This document shows, piece after piece, positions 63,736 to 64,000 of a DNA stretch of 64,000 bases. Source of the stretch: Botryllus schlosseri (lineage: Eukaryota); assembly GCA_051294905.1 (NCBI GenBank), contig CM119372.1, positions 13,332,001 to 13,396,000 on the forward strand, read 5' to 3'. The notes beneath the pieces were generated by a model, which had not been told where the DNA came from, did no database searches, and saw only the letters and a program-made list of their open reading frames with translations. Position numbers and translations under genes: made by a program. The first letter of the stretch is position 1. The number at the start of each line of letters is the position of its first letter.

Positions 63736-64000
63736 TCTCTCGAGTTATAGTCATTTCCATTTCTGCAGATAATTAGTCAAGTCAGGTATAGTGCGAACAT
63801 GAGCCGTGTCAAATCTTTGTTCCGTACGCCGTCTACGCAGTTACCACACTTCAAGTCACAGCTCACCGGCAGACCTCTCGCGGCACATACGTTAAATCAC
63901 TGTTGTCGGGAAGTTCGTGTTACCGTAGTTCGTACCACCACTTGTTTACGTTGGAAAACTCCATTGTGACGTCATCTTGATAAAAAGTCGTTTGCAGCCC

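Overview
Eukaryotic genomic DNA from an invertebrate, most likely an ascidian or other tunicate. This is inferred from the compact GT-AG introns, chordate-like proteins and dense hAT-type MITEs. Genes reconstructed by hand: the 5' part of a type-B carboxylesterase (-), intronless aminoacylase-1 (+), intronless HAUS7 (+), ARMC5 with about 22 exons (-, stop codon only 4 bp from the HAUS7 stop), a signal-peptide JmjC/cupin-8 oxygenase (-), and protein phosphatase inhibitor-2 PPP1R2 (-). A stand-alone WRN-type exonuclease with a Ku-binding motif sits on the same strand inside PPP1R2 intron 1, in a splice phase compatible with PPP1R2 exon 1. The most striking structure is a 7.2-kb foldback-type element (48933-56105). 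It has about 1.8-2.1-kb terminal inverted repeats that contain 194-bp tandem arrays, an 8-bp target-site duplication (TSD), and a decayed Ulp1/SENP (C48) plus USP (C19) double-protease gene as its only recognisable cargo. It lies 14 bp from a second, minisatellite-built foldback element. The rest is largely nested hAT MITEs, CR1/L2 LINE 3' fragments and tRNA-derived SINEs. All family assignments come from motif recognition by eye; no searches were run.
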